From: Candidatus Woesearchaeota archaeon B3_Woes
GTDB lineage: Archaea; Nanobdellota; Nanobdellia; Woesearchaeales; B3-WOES
Reading direction: 5' to 3'
NCBI GenBank assembly: GCA_005222965.1
Contig: NJBG01000001.1
Coordinates: 82,323 to 146,322, forward strand
DNA length: 64,000 bases
Part shown: in pieces, positions 50,088-60,998 of the stretch
Layout: each line of letters opens with the position of its first letter
Position numbering within the stretch: the first letter of the stretch is position 1
The notes under the pieces: generated by a model
The model's input: the letters and a program-made list of their open reading frames with translations, nothing else
Databases searched by the model: none
What the model was told of the DNA's origin: nothing
Program-made: the position numbers and the translations under genes

Positions 50088-51119
50088 ATGAAATGGGAAT
50101 TAATAGCTCAAAGAGAGAACGAATTACTTAAGAACTGCTTACATTATGAAAGCTTGATAGAAGATTTTGTTAAGGTTTTTAAGTTACCATACTCTGATTT
50201 TCTAACTGCAAGGCACGGGATGTCTTATTCAATTTATCATAATAAAGTTTCATCTACAAAAATTGCTTTATTTGTTTTGAAAAAAATAAGAAAAAATCCT
50301 GATTTTATGAAAAACATGCATAAAAAAGGTAAAAGATATTTTGATAATCTTATTAATTTTTGTAAAGATCTATCAAACTTAAAAGTTAAAACCAATAAAG
50401 AACTATTAAGATTAATAGAAACATATTTCAGACTCTATAAAAAACCCTACCCTTATTTTATGATCACTGTAGAGGCAAGAGCTCTTGAAAAAAACAAAGA
50501 AAAGAATGTTAAAGAAGCAGTAAACTTAATGGCCAAATTAAGATTATATGGAAGAACCAGCTTTAATAAAACTCATGAACTTGCACTTCCTTTATTTGAA
50601 GAAATTGCAAAGAGATTTAACACAACATCATATGAATTAAAATTTTTAACTCCTCATGAAATAAGAGGATTATTGTTAGGAAAAGAAATAGACATAAAAA
50701 ATATAATTAAAAATAGGCAGAAATGTTTTTTTATTCATTTCAATGGTGAATTCAGGTTTTTGGAAAATGCTTCTTTAACAATTGAGGAAGAAGTTGAAGA
50801 TGTTATTAAAGGACAAGGAGCCTTCCATGGAAATTACAAAGGAAAAGTAAAATTAATTAAAGATATTAGCGATGTGAACGCCCTTAAGAAAGGAGATGTT
50901 CTAGTTACACAGATGACTACAACAGACTTAATAACAGATAATATAAAAAAAGCAGGTGCTATAATAACAGATGAAGGAGGCATAACCTGTCACGCTGCCA
51001 TATTAAGCAGAGAATTCAAGATTCCTGCTTTAATTGGAACTAAAATAGCTACTAAAATTCTTAAAGATGGTGATATTGTTCAAATAGATACAAAAAAAGG
51101 AATAGCAAATAAAATTTAA
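50088..51119 (+). CDS. PEP-utilising-enzyme mobile-domain protein
   Basis: C-terminal GGITCHAAILSREFKIPALIG with the phospho-His signature region. Confidence 0.6.
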   Translation: MKWELIAQRENELLKNCLHYESLIEDFVKVFKLPYSDFLTARHGMSYSIYHNKVSSTKIALFVLKKIRKNPDFMKNMHKKGKRYFDNLINFCKDLSNLKVKTNKELLRLIETYFRLYKKPYPYFMITVEARALEKNKEKNVKEAVNLMAKLRLYGRTSFNKTHELALPLFEEIAKRFNTTSYELKFLTPHEIRGLLLGKEIDIKNIIKNRQKCFFIHFNGEFRFLENASLTIEEEVEDVIKGQGAFHGNYKGKVKLIKDISDVNALKKGDVLVTQMTTTDLITDNIKKAGAIITDEGGITCHAAILSREFKIPALIGTKIATKILKDGDIVQIDTKKGIANKI

Positions 51120-51589
51120 GTAAAGCTTCCTACAAACTTTCCTAAATAATTAGTTATTAAAATAACAACAATAGTAATAACTAAATGCTCCAAAACAACT
51201 CTAGATGGTTTTAAATTTTGTTCTTTAGCGATATAAATACTAAAAATAGTTATCAGAAAAAGACCCCAAATAACACTAATAATAACAGCAGTAGAAAGAC
51301 TAAACAACAAAACAGGTATAATAAATGTCAATGCAAAAACAAGTTTAGACAAAAAAGTTGAAATTGTAGATTCCCAAATCTCTTTTTTAGAATGTTTCAT
51401 TTCAAATTCTTCAGAAATATGTATTCCTAGGGCATCTGAAAGAGCATCTGCAACAGCTATCACAATAATACCACCAATAACTACAATAGCTGAATGAGTA
51501 CTGGAATTTAAACCAACCATTAAGCCTAGAGTAGTGATAATTCCTGATGTTAATCCAAAACCAAAACCCTTTCTTATAGAGGTTTTCAT
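51116..51589 (-). CDS. Small membrane protein (VIT1/CCC1-like?)
   Basis: Four TM helices. Confidence 0.4.
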   Translation of the reverse strand: MKTSIRKGFGFGLTSGIITTLGLMVGLNSSTHSAIVVIGGIIVIAVADALSDALGIHISEEFEMKHSKKEIWESTISTFLSKLVFALTFIIPVLLFSLSTAVIISVIWGLFLITIFSIYIAKEQNLKPSRVVLEHLVITIVVILITNYLGKFVGSFT

Positions 51590-51634
51590 AAATAATTAAA
51601 ATGATTAAATCATTTAAATAACTTTAGAAAAAAA

Positions 51635-54600
51635 TTATTTATTTCTTATAATTACTGCACCTACTGCAAATATTACTAATCCAAGGATTAAAACAATTAA
51701 AATACTAAGTAATATCATATATTCAAAAGTATCTGTGAATTTTGTTTTTGGGACTGTTGGTTCTGGTTCTGTAACAACTGGTTCTTCTGTTATTGTAACT
51801 TCTTCCTGTTCGGGTTCCACAACGCCAGGCATTTTACACTCGGCTTTTGTTAAGTATAATGTTTCAGTTATTTCTTCATCATCATACTCTGCTCTAACAT
51901 TTATTATATAAGTTCCTTCAGCTAAATTACTTGGAGCAGTAAAAGCTTCACCAATTGTTGCTTTATACTCGTCTCTATCATATGCTTTTAACTCAACAAC
52001 CTGAGTACTACTTATCTCTAATTCATTACTAGATATAGATAATTCAACATCTTCATCTTTTTTACCAATATCTTTTAAACCAACAACAATATCAAAACTA
52101 TCATAACATGAGATTGTTGAAGGACTTACTACTGCTGAAGATATAATCACTTCATGACTCTTTCTTTCTATCTCTATTGTTTCTGATTGATGTAATGTGC
52201 ACTGTTCTACTCCATCATCATCCTTTCCACAAGCCTCTACATAAACAGTATATTCATCTCCGTCTTTTGCATCTGTAGGCATCTTAAATGTGAATGTAAA
52301 TTCTTCTTCATCTCCTTCATCTAAATCAAAATCTTCGTCATCTTTTAGTTTATCATTATCTTCATCCTTAACAACATCGCCATCTTCATCTAATAGTTTT
52401 ATTTCAAGCTCAATATCTTCAATATCTAAATCACCATCATTTTCAACTTCAACTACAATTTCTACTATTTCATCTGGTTTTGGATTATCCTCATCTACAT
52501 CAACATCCTTTATTTGTAAAACTCCTGTTCCAGCAGGTGGTGGAGTTTCTGGTTCACTATCTGTCCTTACCTTGTAAGAGCTAAATCCTGTTACATTAAA
52601 TACAACTGTTCCTGAACCAGTTGGATAATCTGTAAAACTAATTAATGTGCATGATGTACACTCTGTTATAATCTCATCAGGGTTTGTTGTAAATTCATCA
52701 CTGAAATAGATTACTGGTTCCTGGTTATATGTCAAACTAGATAATGTTATTGTTGTATTAGGTATATCAAACATATCTAACACACCAGAATCAATTGAAA
52801 CAATAGTTTTTTCTATTTTAACAAAATCATCAATATTAACAATATCCTTAAGATTGATTACTGCATCTCCAAAATCAATTTTTCCATGACTGTTTTCTAT
52901 TGTTAAACCTGTGAAGTTTGCAACGTTTTCTTCAGTAACATCTTGGATTGTACCACCAAAAGTTGTTATTGGAACTGTACTAACTTCAATACTCCATGAA
53001 GCACTATCAAATATATCTGTTGAATTTTGAACCTCAACTAAAACTTCATAAGTTCCAGCTGTTGTTTCAACAAATGTAAATGAATCTCCAGAGCCTTTTT
53101 CAATTGCATTAACAAACCATTTTATAGTTGGGGATATGTTGTCTGGATCAATAACATTAACACTTAAATCTTGGTCAACTCCATCTCCAATTAATAAGCT
53201 TCCTTCTGCAGGATTTGTATCATTTATATAAGGTATATCATCAAGTTTTTGATTTACATTTACTGTTATATTTTGTTCAGCATCTGCTTGTCCATCACTA
53301 ACAACAAAAGTTATTTCTTCAGAACCAAACCAGTCTTGATCAAATGTTGAGATTGTAGCTACATTATCTCCTGAAATTTCTACTTTTATATTTTGGTTAT
53401 TAGCAACACTCCATGTTAATTCGTCGCCATCAACATCAAATCCATAATTATCTAAGTCAATTGAGTCATCATCTTCACCTTCATCAAATTCTACACCAGG
53501 TATTGTAGCATTGATAACAGGTGGATCATTCTTTTCTAAAACTTCAACATTAAATTGTTCAAAAACATCCCCTACACTCATGTTTATAACTGAAATTCCA
53601 AATAAATCATCTAATGGAGTTCCACAACTAAATATACCGTTGCTTGTAACATTACAGTTAATTAAACTATCATTCTCTCCAACAATTTCATAAACCACTC
53701 CTGTTGTATTTCCAAAAGTATAATTCTTTAAATCAATCGGTGACCATGATGGAGATTCACTCTCATTAACCTTAAGAACACTGTTCAATGTACTAACATC
53801 AAGGCAAGCTTCAACATTAACCTCAATAGAATCTTCTATTGTGTATCTTGGAAGGCCTCCCCTATACTTTATTACTATATCATATGTAATATCGGAATCA
53901 CCAAGAGCAAGTACATCAAAATCAAATTCTTTCTGTTCTGCCCTTATTAGCTCATAATCTGTTTCACCAATCAAAGTCTCTCCGTCATAGACTGAAATAG
54001 TTACTTCTTCATCCCAGTCACCAGTATTAGCTAATGTCAATAGTAAGGTTGTATCTCTATCACAAGTCAAATCATCTTTTGACCATTCCATACCAATTAA
54101 TTCTACTCTATGGAAATCCCTATCAACATTGAAGTTAATTGTTTTCTCACTCCAATAGTCGTTTTCAATAAGGTCTTCTCCTATTACCTCTAAATCAAGA
54201 GTAAATGAAGGCTCTAATGTATCGTAAGGTATATCAAAACTAAGAATAATTGTCTCTGTCTCCTGACCCTCAAGGTTAAATTCCTCACTGTCTGATCCAA
54301 ACCCAAAAGGACTTAATTCAGTAGAAGATATAATCTCAATAATCTCATTATCTACCTCTGCAGGAAATCTATTCAAAATAGTATACTCTACATCAAGAGT
54401 ATGGCCTGGTTTAATCCCATCAATAGTATCTCCATCTTCAACTGATTGTCCATCAATTGTAATATCAACAATATCAAGAACAGGAAGTACTGTTAAATTA
54501 AACTCCCGTGTTGTGAAATTTGATCCTTGGTCTGTTACTTTTATTTCAACTAATTTTAAGCCAAAATGAGTAGCGTTTGGTGTCCATCTAAATTCTCCTG

Positions 54601-56410
54601 TAGATCTATTAATTGTAGCACCACCAGGGTTAGTAGTAATAAAAAATTCTAAAGCACTTACATTACTATCAATATCATGTGCATCTGCATCATAAACATA
54701 TTCAATAGCTTCAATTGCTGTTAAGTTTGGTTTTGTGGTAAAATAAGGTGCGTCATTAACATTATTAACAATAACTGTAACATTTACAGTCGAAGAAGCA
54801 TCTCCTTCATCAGTAGCTGTTAATGTAATATTCCTTTCACCATACCAATCTTCATCAGCTGATATATTTAATACATGAGTTTCGTCATCAATATCAATAT
54901 TAAGATTTGCTGTATTTCCTCCAACACTCCATGAAATATTTTCATCTGCTGACTCTACATCACCAACAAAAAGGTCTAAATCATAATCATCAAAATATTC
55001 TTCTTCATCAAATTCAATATCCCCTATTGGATCAATAACAGGTATATCATTAACAGGATATACTATCAAAGTAAAATTCTGCATATCAAAATCTGTAGCA
55101 TCTTCTACTTTTACAGATATATTCCAGTAGCCAACTTCAGCATCATCTGGTGTAAAGTTTATAAGCCCTGTAATAGGATCAATAACCATTCCAGGTGCAT
55201 TTTCAAGTAAAGAATAAGTTAATGTATCATTCTCAACATCTGTTGCTTCAACATCATAAAGATATGTATCTTCTTCATCCACTTCAACAGGAGCAGGTGA
55301 AATAATAGTGGGTGCATCATTAACTGGAGTTACTTCAATACCAACCACTTCTTCAATTGACCCATAACCATCATCTATAAGTATAGTACAGTTTGTCATA
55401 CCATTCCAATTATCTGTAGCATTCATCAAAAGGAATGTCTCATTTACTATCTCACAATCTACTTCATTTTCTTCAAGCACACTATAAGTAATATCATCTC
55501 CATCAGGATCAAAAACCTCCTCGCTAAGGTTTCTCTCAACAGAAGAGTCTTCATTTACTAAATAAAAGAACAAACTAAAATCAGCCTCAGGCAACCTATT
55601 ATTAGTTGCATTGAATGTGCAAGGACCTTTATGGAAATCATCTGAATCTATATTTGTATCAATACCATCATGAATCCTAAATACACATTCATCACTAGGA
55701 TCAGTTGAATAGCCATCGGGTGCGTTATCTGTTGTATTACCATCATCATAATTTCCATAAGTAACTTGATCAATGATTTCTCCTAAATTATCATAAAGAA
55801 CTAGCATGCCGTTATTACTCTGTGAACCGCTTGGATTTAAAATAATAAGGTGGTCTCTTGAAGGGATTACTCCTTCTAATAACTCAGTTGCATTAGAGCC
55901 ATCAATTAAAGATAAATTCCAATTAGTAATATTTATATTATGCATAGTTGGATTGTACAGTTCAAACCATTCATCAGCAACACCAATAGCACTATTATTA
56001 TCCCAGTCTGTTCGAGGCTTAACAACAAATTCATTAATCACAACCGTAGTATAAGCAGTCAAGTTTAAATGAGTAATACTAGTATCATTATATATTGCTG
56101 TTTGATCCGCCTCAACTCCATTAATTTTAAATGTAACAGTATAACCCCCATAAGAAGAATTTCCATTAATAACCATGCCACTATTCCAACCTTCTTGAGT
56201 TAGGTTATGGGTGCCATCAGCTACGCTTGGATCATCATCATTTTGAATAAAAGCCTCAATTAATGTCCCAACAGAAGCATTTACACCATTATACATAACA
56301 GTCCCAGTTAAAATCATTGGTGGTAGCAGTTGTCCATAAACAACTGAAGCTAAAGAAATAGTGAATAATAATAAAATTAACACAATACTTTTTTTAAAGT
56401 TTTTAGTCAT
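51635..56410 (-). CDS. Giant (1591 aa) acidic cell-surface protein with cadherin-like/Ig-like repeats and C-terminal TM anchor
   Basis: Signal peptide. Repeated PVNDAP, PVNDIP and NVNDAPYF modules. D/E-rich. C-terminus is TEPEPTVPKTKF, a hydrophobic helix, then RNK. Confidence 0.8.
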   Translation of the reverse strand: MTKNFKKSIVLILLLFTISLASVVYGQLLPPMILTGTVMYNGVNASVGTLIEAFIQNDDDPSVADGTHNLTQEGWNSGMVINGNSSYGGYTVTFKINGVEADQTAIYNDTSITHLNLTAYTTVVINEFVVKPRTDWDNNSAIGVADEWFELYNPTMHNINITNWNLSLIDGSNATELLEGVIPSRDHLIILNPSGSQSNNGMLVLYDNLGEIIDQVTYGNYDDGNTTDNAPDGYSTDPSDECVFRIHDGIDTNIDSDDFHKGPCTFNATNNRLPEADFSLFFYLVNEDSSVERNLSEEVFDPDGDDITYSVLEENEVDCEIVNETFLLMNATDNWNGMTNCTILIDDGYGSIEEVVGIEVTPVNDAPTIISPAPVEVDEEDTYLYDVEATDVENDTLTYSLLENAPGMVIDPITGLINFTPDDAEVGYWNISVKVEDATDFDMQNFTLIVYPVNDIPVIDPIGDIEFDEEEYFDDYDLDLFVGDVESADENISWSVGGNTANLNIDIDDETHVLNISADEDWYGERNITLTATDEGDASSTVNVTVIVNNVNDAPYFTTKPNLTAIEAIEYVYDADAHDIDSNVSALEFFITTNPGGATINRSTGEFRWTPNATHFGLKLVEIKVTDQGSNFTTREFNLTVLPVLDIVDITIDGQSVEDGDTIDGIKPGHTLDVEYTILNRFPAEVDNEIIEIISSTELSPFGFGSDSEEFNLEGQETETIILSFDIPYDTLEPSFTLDLEVIGEDLIENDYWSEKTINFNVDRDFHRVELIGMEWSKDDLTCDRDTTLLLTLANTGDWDEEVTISVYDGETLIGETDYELIRAEQKEFDFDVLALGDSDITYDIVIKYRGGLPRYTIEDSIEVNVEACLDVSTLNSVLKVNESESPSWSPIDLKNYTFGNTTGVVYEIVGENDSLINCNVTSNGIFSCGTPLDDLFGISVINMSVGDVFEQFNVEVLEKNDPPVINATIPGVEFDEGEDDDSIDLDNYGFDVDGDELTWSVANNQNIKVEISGDNVATISTFDQDWFGSEEITFVVSDGQADAEQNITVNVNQKLDDIPYINDTNPAEGSLLIGDGVDQDLSVNVIDPDNISPTIKWFVNAIEKGSGDSFTFVETTAGTYEVLVEVQNSTDIFDSASWSIEVSTVPITTFGGTIQDVTEENVANFTGLTIENSHGKIDFGDAVINLKDIVNIDDFVKIEKTIVSIDSGVLDMFDIPNTTITLSSLTYNQEPVIYFSDEFTTNPDEIITECTSCTLISFTDYPTGSGTVVFNVTGFSSYKVRTDSEPETPPPAGTGVLQIKDVDVDEDNPKPDEIVEIVVEVENDGDLDIEDIELEIKLLDEDGDVVKDEDNDKLKDDEDFDLDEGDEEEFTFTFKMPTDAKDGDEYTVYVEACGKDDDGVEQCTLHQSETIEIERKSHEVIISSAVVSPSTISCYDSFDIVVGLKDIGKKDEDVELSISSNELEISSTQVVELKAYDRDEYKATIGEAFTAPSNLAEGTYIINVRAEYDDEEITETLYLTKAECKMPGVVEPEQEEVTITEEPVVTEPEPTVPKTKFTDTFEYMILLSILIVLILGLVIFAVGAVIIRNK

Positions 56411-56494
56411 CTAATTACCCCCAATTAAACCTTGTCCCATCACCCCTTTTTCTTTTGTAACTACTTGAAAATAGCAATTAGTATTTAAACCTTT

Positions 56495-56504
56495 TGGTTA
56501 TTTC
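56495..56504. repeat. Left target-site duplication tggttatttc
   Basis: Identical 10-mer at 62892..62901, both outside the terminal inverted repeats. Confidence 0.6.
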
Positions 56505-56634
56505 GGCTTTGCACATAAATGAAATTTTGCATATTTATTATAGTCTTTTGCACAAAAATCAATTTCCAAAACATTTATATATTTAGTCGTATAATAATAA
56601 TGCGTTGAAAAGATAGATAAAATAATGTTTAGTG

Positions 56635-56811
56635 ATGAAGATGGTCGTGATTCAGGTTTCCAAGGCGGATAGTGAGAAGGTATTTACAATCCTATCCAAT
56701 AATGGACGTTTTACAGAATTATCAGATAATAGATTCGGTATAATAGATAATGAAGAAGATGTTCTAAAGAAACTTGACGAGGCAAACGTAAAATATAAAA
56801 AAGTGGTATGA
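56635..56811 (+). CDS. Hypothetical small protein (58 aa) inside the element; absent from track
   Basis: MKMVVIQVSKADSEKVFTILSNNGRFTELSDNRFGIIDNEEDVLKKLDEANVKYKKVV. Confidence 0.3.
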   Translation: MKMVVIQVSKADSEKVFTILSNNGRFTELSDNRFGIIDNEEDVLKKLDEANVKYKKVV

Positions 56812-56817
56812 TTCTAT

Positions 56818-57141
56818 ATGAAACTTTACAGCATCTTTCTACCAAAAACCTATAATAATAAAAAACCAATTCCGACCAAAAAAATTAGAAGAATAACTAA
56901 GGAAATAAGAGAGAAATTTGGTTCATATTCTGCAGACCCTTATGCCAAATTGCCTATAATTGAAGGCACATGGACATCAAAAACAAAAAAACTATTCAAT
57001 GAAACTATGACGTGTGTCCAAGTTTTCACTGAAGACACTTATAAAACTCAAAGATGGTTTAAAGCAAAAAAAGAGACTTGGGCACAAGAGCTTGATCAAG
57101 AAGTATTATTTATAATCGAACAGCATGCAGAGATATTATAA
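56818..57141 (+). CDS. Hypothetical protein (107 aa)
   Basis: ORF 7 nt after the previous one. Confidence 0.4.
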   Translation: MKLYSIFLPKTYNNKKPIPTKKIRRITKEIREKFGSYSADPYAKLPIIEGTWTSKTKKLFNETMTCVQVFTEDTYKTQRWFKAKKETWAQELDQEVLFIIEQHAEIL

Positions 57142-57417
57142 TATATTTCTTCACCTTTAATGAATTTATCTAAAATGAAACTCTCCTATTATTCTTACAT
57201 AGGCTATGGCTTCCTTGTAGCCACTGTATTTGGTTTGGGTTGGTATGGAATAAAAGATTATAGAGTTCAAGGGTTGTTCATTCTAACTGTTTGTTTTTTA
57301 TTGGTTGATGTTATAAAGTATTATAGAAATAAGTAATTCTTTATTTATGTGCAATTCATTACATAGTTTTGCACAAAAAAGAGAATCTTTTTAAATATAT
57401 AAAGAATAAAGACTATT

Positions 57418-57999
57418 ATGTCCACAGATGAAAACATTAATAAAAAATTAACCCCTGTATTAGAAAAATATAGGGAATCTTTCTCTAATAAAGTTATAGA
57501 AGAAGGAAAGACTGATTCTGATATATTGATGGAAGTATTTAATATTACTCATGAGGAAAAGATTCAAAATAAGCAATATTGGGGAAGAGAACTTGGTAAG
57601 TGTTGGGAACGTTTAGTTCAATCTGTATTTTCTGAACGAAAAGATTATAGTTCAGGTATAAAAGAAGGATCTGATGAAATTTGTGATTGTGTTATTGGTA
57701 ACATGGCTATTGAAGCAAAATATAGGGTTGGTTCTGGAGATTCTGGTACTTTAAAAAAATTTAAACAATATGCACAAAGATTAAAAGATAAAGGGCTTGA
57801 TCCGATAATGATTTTTTTGAGAGAAGATAATCTTCCGGCAGCTATAACAGCATGTAGAAATGGAGGTTGGACAATCATAATGGGGGATGAGTGTTTTAAG
57901 TTTATTGAAAAAGAATCTAATTTTGATTTAAAGGTAGCATTAAAATCTCTTAAAGGAAAATATGATATAAAAAAGAAAAAACAAATTACTCTTTTTTGA
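57418..57999 (+). CDS. Putative type II restriction endonuclease, PD-(D/E)xK-like
   Basis: SDEICDCVIGNMAIEAKYR fits the D-x9-ExK pattern. Convergent with the methyltransferase, 3' ends overlapping by 14 nt. Confidence 0.5.
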   Translation: MSTDENINKKLTPVLEKYRESFSNKVIEEGKTDSDILMEVFNITHEEKIQNKQYWGRELGKCWERLVQSVFSERKDYSSGIKEGSDEICDCVIGNMAIEAKYRVGSGDSGTLKKFKQYAQRLKDKGLDPIMIFLREDNLPAAITACRNGGWTIIMGDECFKFIEKESNFDLKVALKSLKGKYDIKKKKQITLF

Positions 58000-59347
58000 G
58001 AACAATCATTCTATCATAATCAATTTTATCGGCAAAAGACACATTTCTGTCAATATTCATACTCCTCTGTTTTAGAATTATTTGAAATTGTTTCTCTTTT
58101 TTGAATCCAACAGATTCAGCTATCTTTGATAGAAATAGTGATGTTGGAACAAAAACTTTTCTGATATTATTATCACCAATAACTATACAATATCTTCCAC
58201 CATTTTTCAAAACTTTATACGCTTCTTCAAAATGTTTTTTCATATCTAAAAAATATTTATAAGTAACCCTCGACCTTAATTTACTTTGCGTATTAGAATC
58301 GTATGCATTATATATTTCTTCGATAATTTTATCTGTTTCATCGATTCCTATTTGACCTAGTATAGAATATTCTTTTTTTGGTATCCTCTCTGTACCAATC
58401 TCATAATTATATAAATTTAATCTATCTTGATCGCTTTTAACTAAATCTAACCAATGCACCCTTAACCTATTAGCCCAAATATAATCCATTGCATTAATGT
58501 ATGGTGGAGATGTCACTATTAGATCAACCTTATCAATATCTTCTGGTAAATTTATTTCTCTAGCGTCATTTCCAATTATTTTTGCAAAATTAGATATGTT
58601 TTGTTCTTTAGAGAACTCAGAAATATATTCTATATATTTTTCTGAGAAAGACGAAAACAAATCAATAGTATCATTCTCTGAAAGTTGTTTTATATTTCTC
58701 CAATCTTTCCTCCTAGCCGTTAACATTTGTCCGGGTGCAATATAAGATGATTTTCTAACAGCCATAGAAAAAGATACTAAGAAAAAGTCTCTAATATCTT
58801 TATCTTCTATTTTATTTACATATTTTTTTATCTTAGCTAATCCTCTAATAACATTTTCATTAAACCAAAAATCAACTCCTCTAAAATTAGGTATTGGTAA
58901 ATCAGAACTAGAATCGTTTTTGATATTATCCATCAATGAGTTATATTTAGATCGTAATTTGTTTTCTTCGATTGATGTTGATTTTACTTTGCTAACTAAT
59001 CTAGCGTAAGGATTATAATCAATACCTAAACAATTTCTTTTTAACTTCTTTGCTTCTATAAAAGTTGTTCCTCCGCCTATAAAAGGGTCTAAAATAATAT
59101 CGTTTTCTTTAGAAAAATTTTTAATTGCCCACCTTGGTAACTCAGGTATATATTTACAAGGATATAATGCTATATTATGTACGTCTCTTTTGCTTTCTCT
59201 AAAAATACTTAAATAAGCATCATCTTCAATATTCAAAGGAATATCTCCATATATTTTCTTGAGAGTTATTTCTCTTCCATTATCATTATGAACTTCTTGT
59301 TTTTGTTTTATATGTGAAGAAAATTCACCTAGATTTTTTTGTTGCAT
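57986..59347 (-). CDS. DNA methyltransferase, N4-cytosine/N6-adenine family (SPPY type, likely N4C)
   Basis: Motif I LDPFIGGGTT near residue 90 and motif IV IVTSPPY near residue 283. Confidence 0.75.
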   Translation of the reverse strand: MQQKNLGEFSSHIKQKQEVHNDNGREITLKKIYGDIPLNIEDDAYLSIFRESKRDVHNIALYPCKYIPELPRWAIKNFSKENDIILDPFIGGGTTFIEAKKLKRNCLGIDYNPYARLVSKVKSTSIEENKLRSKYNSLMDNIKNDSSSDLPIPNFRGVDFWFNENVIRGLAKIKKYVNKIEDKDIRDFFLVSFSMAVRKSSYIAPGQMLTARRKDWRNIKQLSENDTIDLFSSFSEKYIEYISEFSKEQNISNFAKIIGNDAREINLPEDIDKVDLIVTSPPYINAMDYIWANRLRVHWLDLVKSDQDRLNLYNYEIGTERIPKKEYSILGQIGIDETDKIIEEIYNAYDSNTQSKLRSRVTYKYFLDMKKHFEEAYKVLKNGGRYCIVIGDNNIRKVFVPTSLFLSKIAESVGFKKEKQFQIILKQRSMNIDRNVSFADKIDYDRMIVLKKE

Positions 59348-59350
59348 TTT

Positions 59351-59602
59351 TTAATTTTGTATTTTCATTCCTTTAAATCCTTCTTCAGGATTCTTTAACT
59401 TATATAACCTTTTTCTACTATCTTTATCATCAATATTAACTTCCAACCAACCAGCCTTTCTTAAATCTGAAAAGAAAACATTAATACCTGCATCGTCTTT
59501 CAAAGCTTTTTTAGCCTGTTCAAAAGTAAACTCTTTATCTTTAAATTTATTCCAGAGAATTGCGTATCGTATTTGGATCCATTTAGGGAGGGGTTTTGTC
59601 AT
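59351..59602 (-). CDS. Hypothetical small protein (83 aa) co-oriented with the methyltransferase
   Basis: Ends 4 nt before the methyltransferase start codon. Confidence 0.45.
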   Translation of the reverse strand: MTKPLPKWIQIRYAILWNKFKDKEFTFEQAKKALKDDAGINVFFSDLRKAGWLEVNIDDKDSRKRLYKLKNPEEGFKGMKIQN

Positions 59603-59644
59603 AAGTAAATAGCTTATATATTAAGTATTTAAAAGTTTCTGTTT

Positions 59645-60994
59645 TTAATGATTTGGAATAATTTCCAAATAATGTTTACAGGAACTTTCTGCTAACTTAT
59701 TAAACGCAGCCCTAACACTATCATTTTCTATTGCTTGTTGTGTTTCTAATACTAGATTATCCATTGTATTAAAATAGTGTGTTCTTGTTAATTTTGATTT
59801 TGTTTTCCCAATAAATGTTGAGAAGTCTCTCCCATTATATTCATTACAACAACCATAAGGACAAGGGAATTTTTTCCCATGAGAATCATATATTTTCTTC
59901 AATGCTCTCAGTGAAATCATAGAAAGAAAATAATAATAAAAATATTTTCCTTTCAAAAATGAGGGTAAGTCTGTATTTTTATAAGAAACAAACATGTTTT
60001 CTACAATCCCATTTGAAGGTGTAGAAAAACCATCAATTCCTGCTTGTAACATAAATAAACCCAAAGAATCAACATTTAATGCAAAAACTGGAATTTTAAA
60101 CTTCTTACTTACTACCTTTAAACCTTTCAAAAATCTTTTAAGGTTGTCTCTTTGAATTCCAGCATTTCTACTATCTAAACCATAAGAATCAACTATCTTA
60201 AAGAAAAAGAATTGAGGTTGCTCTTCATTTATATATTTCAATATTTTATCTAAATAATCATATTCTTCAAGTGTAGACGTCTTTAAAACAAAGTTTGCAG
60301 CAGGTATCCATCCTTCGTGAGTTTTACAAATTTTTTCTGTTTCTTTATTTATTTTTATAGCCATATCTAAACTCTCAGATACTTCGGGAATAATCAGATT
60401 AGATGGAGCTAATAATATTTTAGAACCCAACCTTTTGCTTCTTTGTAAAAATTTCAAAGTGTGGTTAAATTCTTTTCCATGAAGTTTATGAATATACTCT
60501 CTAAATAATTTAATTTTATCAATTCTTTTTTTGTTTCTACTTTCATCACCTTTCTTTTTACCAATACCTATTTTTTTAATTTGTTCAACATATTCTAATG
60601 GTAAATTTTCAATATCTATTTGGTCAGGATCAACCAAACTTAAATATGAAGATTCTCCTAAGGGATCGATTATTATAACTTTGTTTTCTATAATTTCTAA
60701 AAAACCATTTTCTTTCTTGGTTCCGTCAAGATTTAATTGTACAGACCTTGTTTTTTTTGGTAAGAGTAATTTCTTAACATTATTAAAAGGGATAATAACC
60801 CCTTGAAAACAATTTTTTTTAAACTTGTTATTTTCAACCCAATCTGATAAAAAATCAACATCCCAACTTGATTTAGGTTCAACAAAAAAGCAAGGAGTAC
60901 TGAATATTAAATCTTTTTTTGGTAAGTTTACATGAACTAATCTTCTTCTCACACCACTTGCTTCTTTAATTTCATTAATTTCGACGTTTTTCAT
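59645..60994 (-). CDS. Hypothetical protein (449 aa) with C-terminal Cys cluster CPYGCC...H
   Basis: No clear family. GIDGFSTPSNG followed about 60 aa later by a CxxxCC-N22-H cluster. Confidence 0.55.
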   Translation of the reverse strand: MKNVEINEIKEASGVRRRLVHVNLPKKDLIFSTPCFFVEPKSSWDVDFLSDWVENNKFKKNCFQGVIIPFNNVKKLLLPKKTRSVQLNLDGTKKENGFLEIIENKVIIIDPLGESSYLSLVDPDQIDIENLPLEYVEQIKKIGIGKKKGDESRNKKRIDKIKLFREYIHKLHGKEFNHTLKFLQRSKRLGSKILLAPSNLIIPEVSESLDMAIKINKETEKICKTHEGWIPAANFVLKTSTLEEYDYLDKILKYINEEQPQFFFFKIVDSYGLDSRNAGIQRDNLKRFLKGLKVVSKKFKIPVFALNVDSLGLFMLQAGIDGFSTPSNGIVENMFVSYKNTDLPSFLKGKYFYYYFLSMISLRALKKIYDSHGKKFPCPYGCCNEYNGRDFSTFIGKTKSKLTRTHYFNTMDNLVLETQQAIENDSVRAAFNKLAESSCKHYLEIIPNH

Positions 60995-60998
60995 TTTC

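Noticed and set aside
56506-56519. Treating the 14-bp inverted match alone as proof of a transposon
   Set aside because: Exact 14-mers can recur by chance in 64 kb of AT-rich DNA. The call was kept only because of the coincident 10-bp flanking direct repeat and the transposase position.
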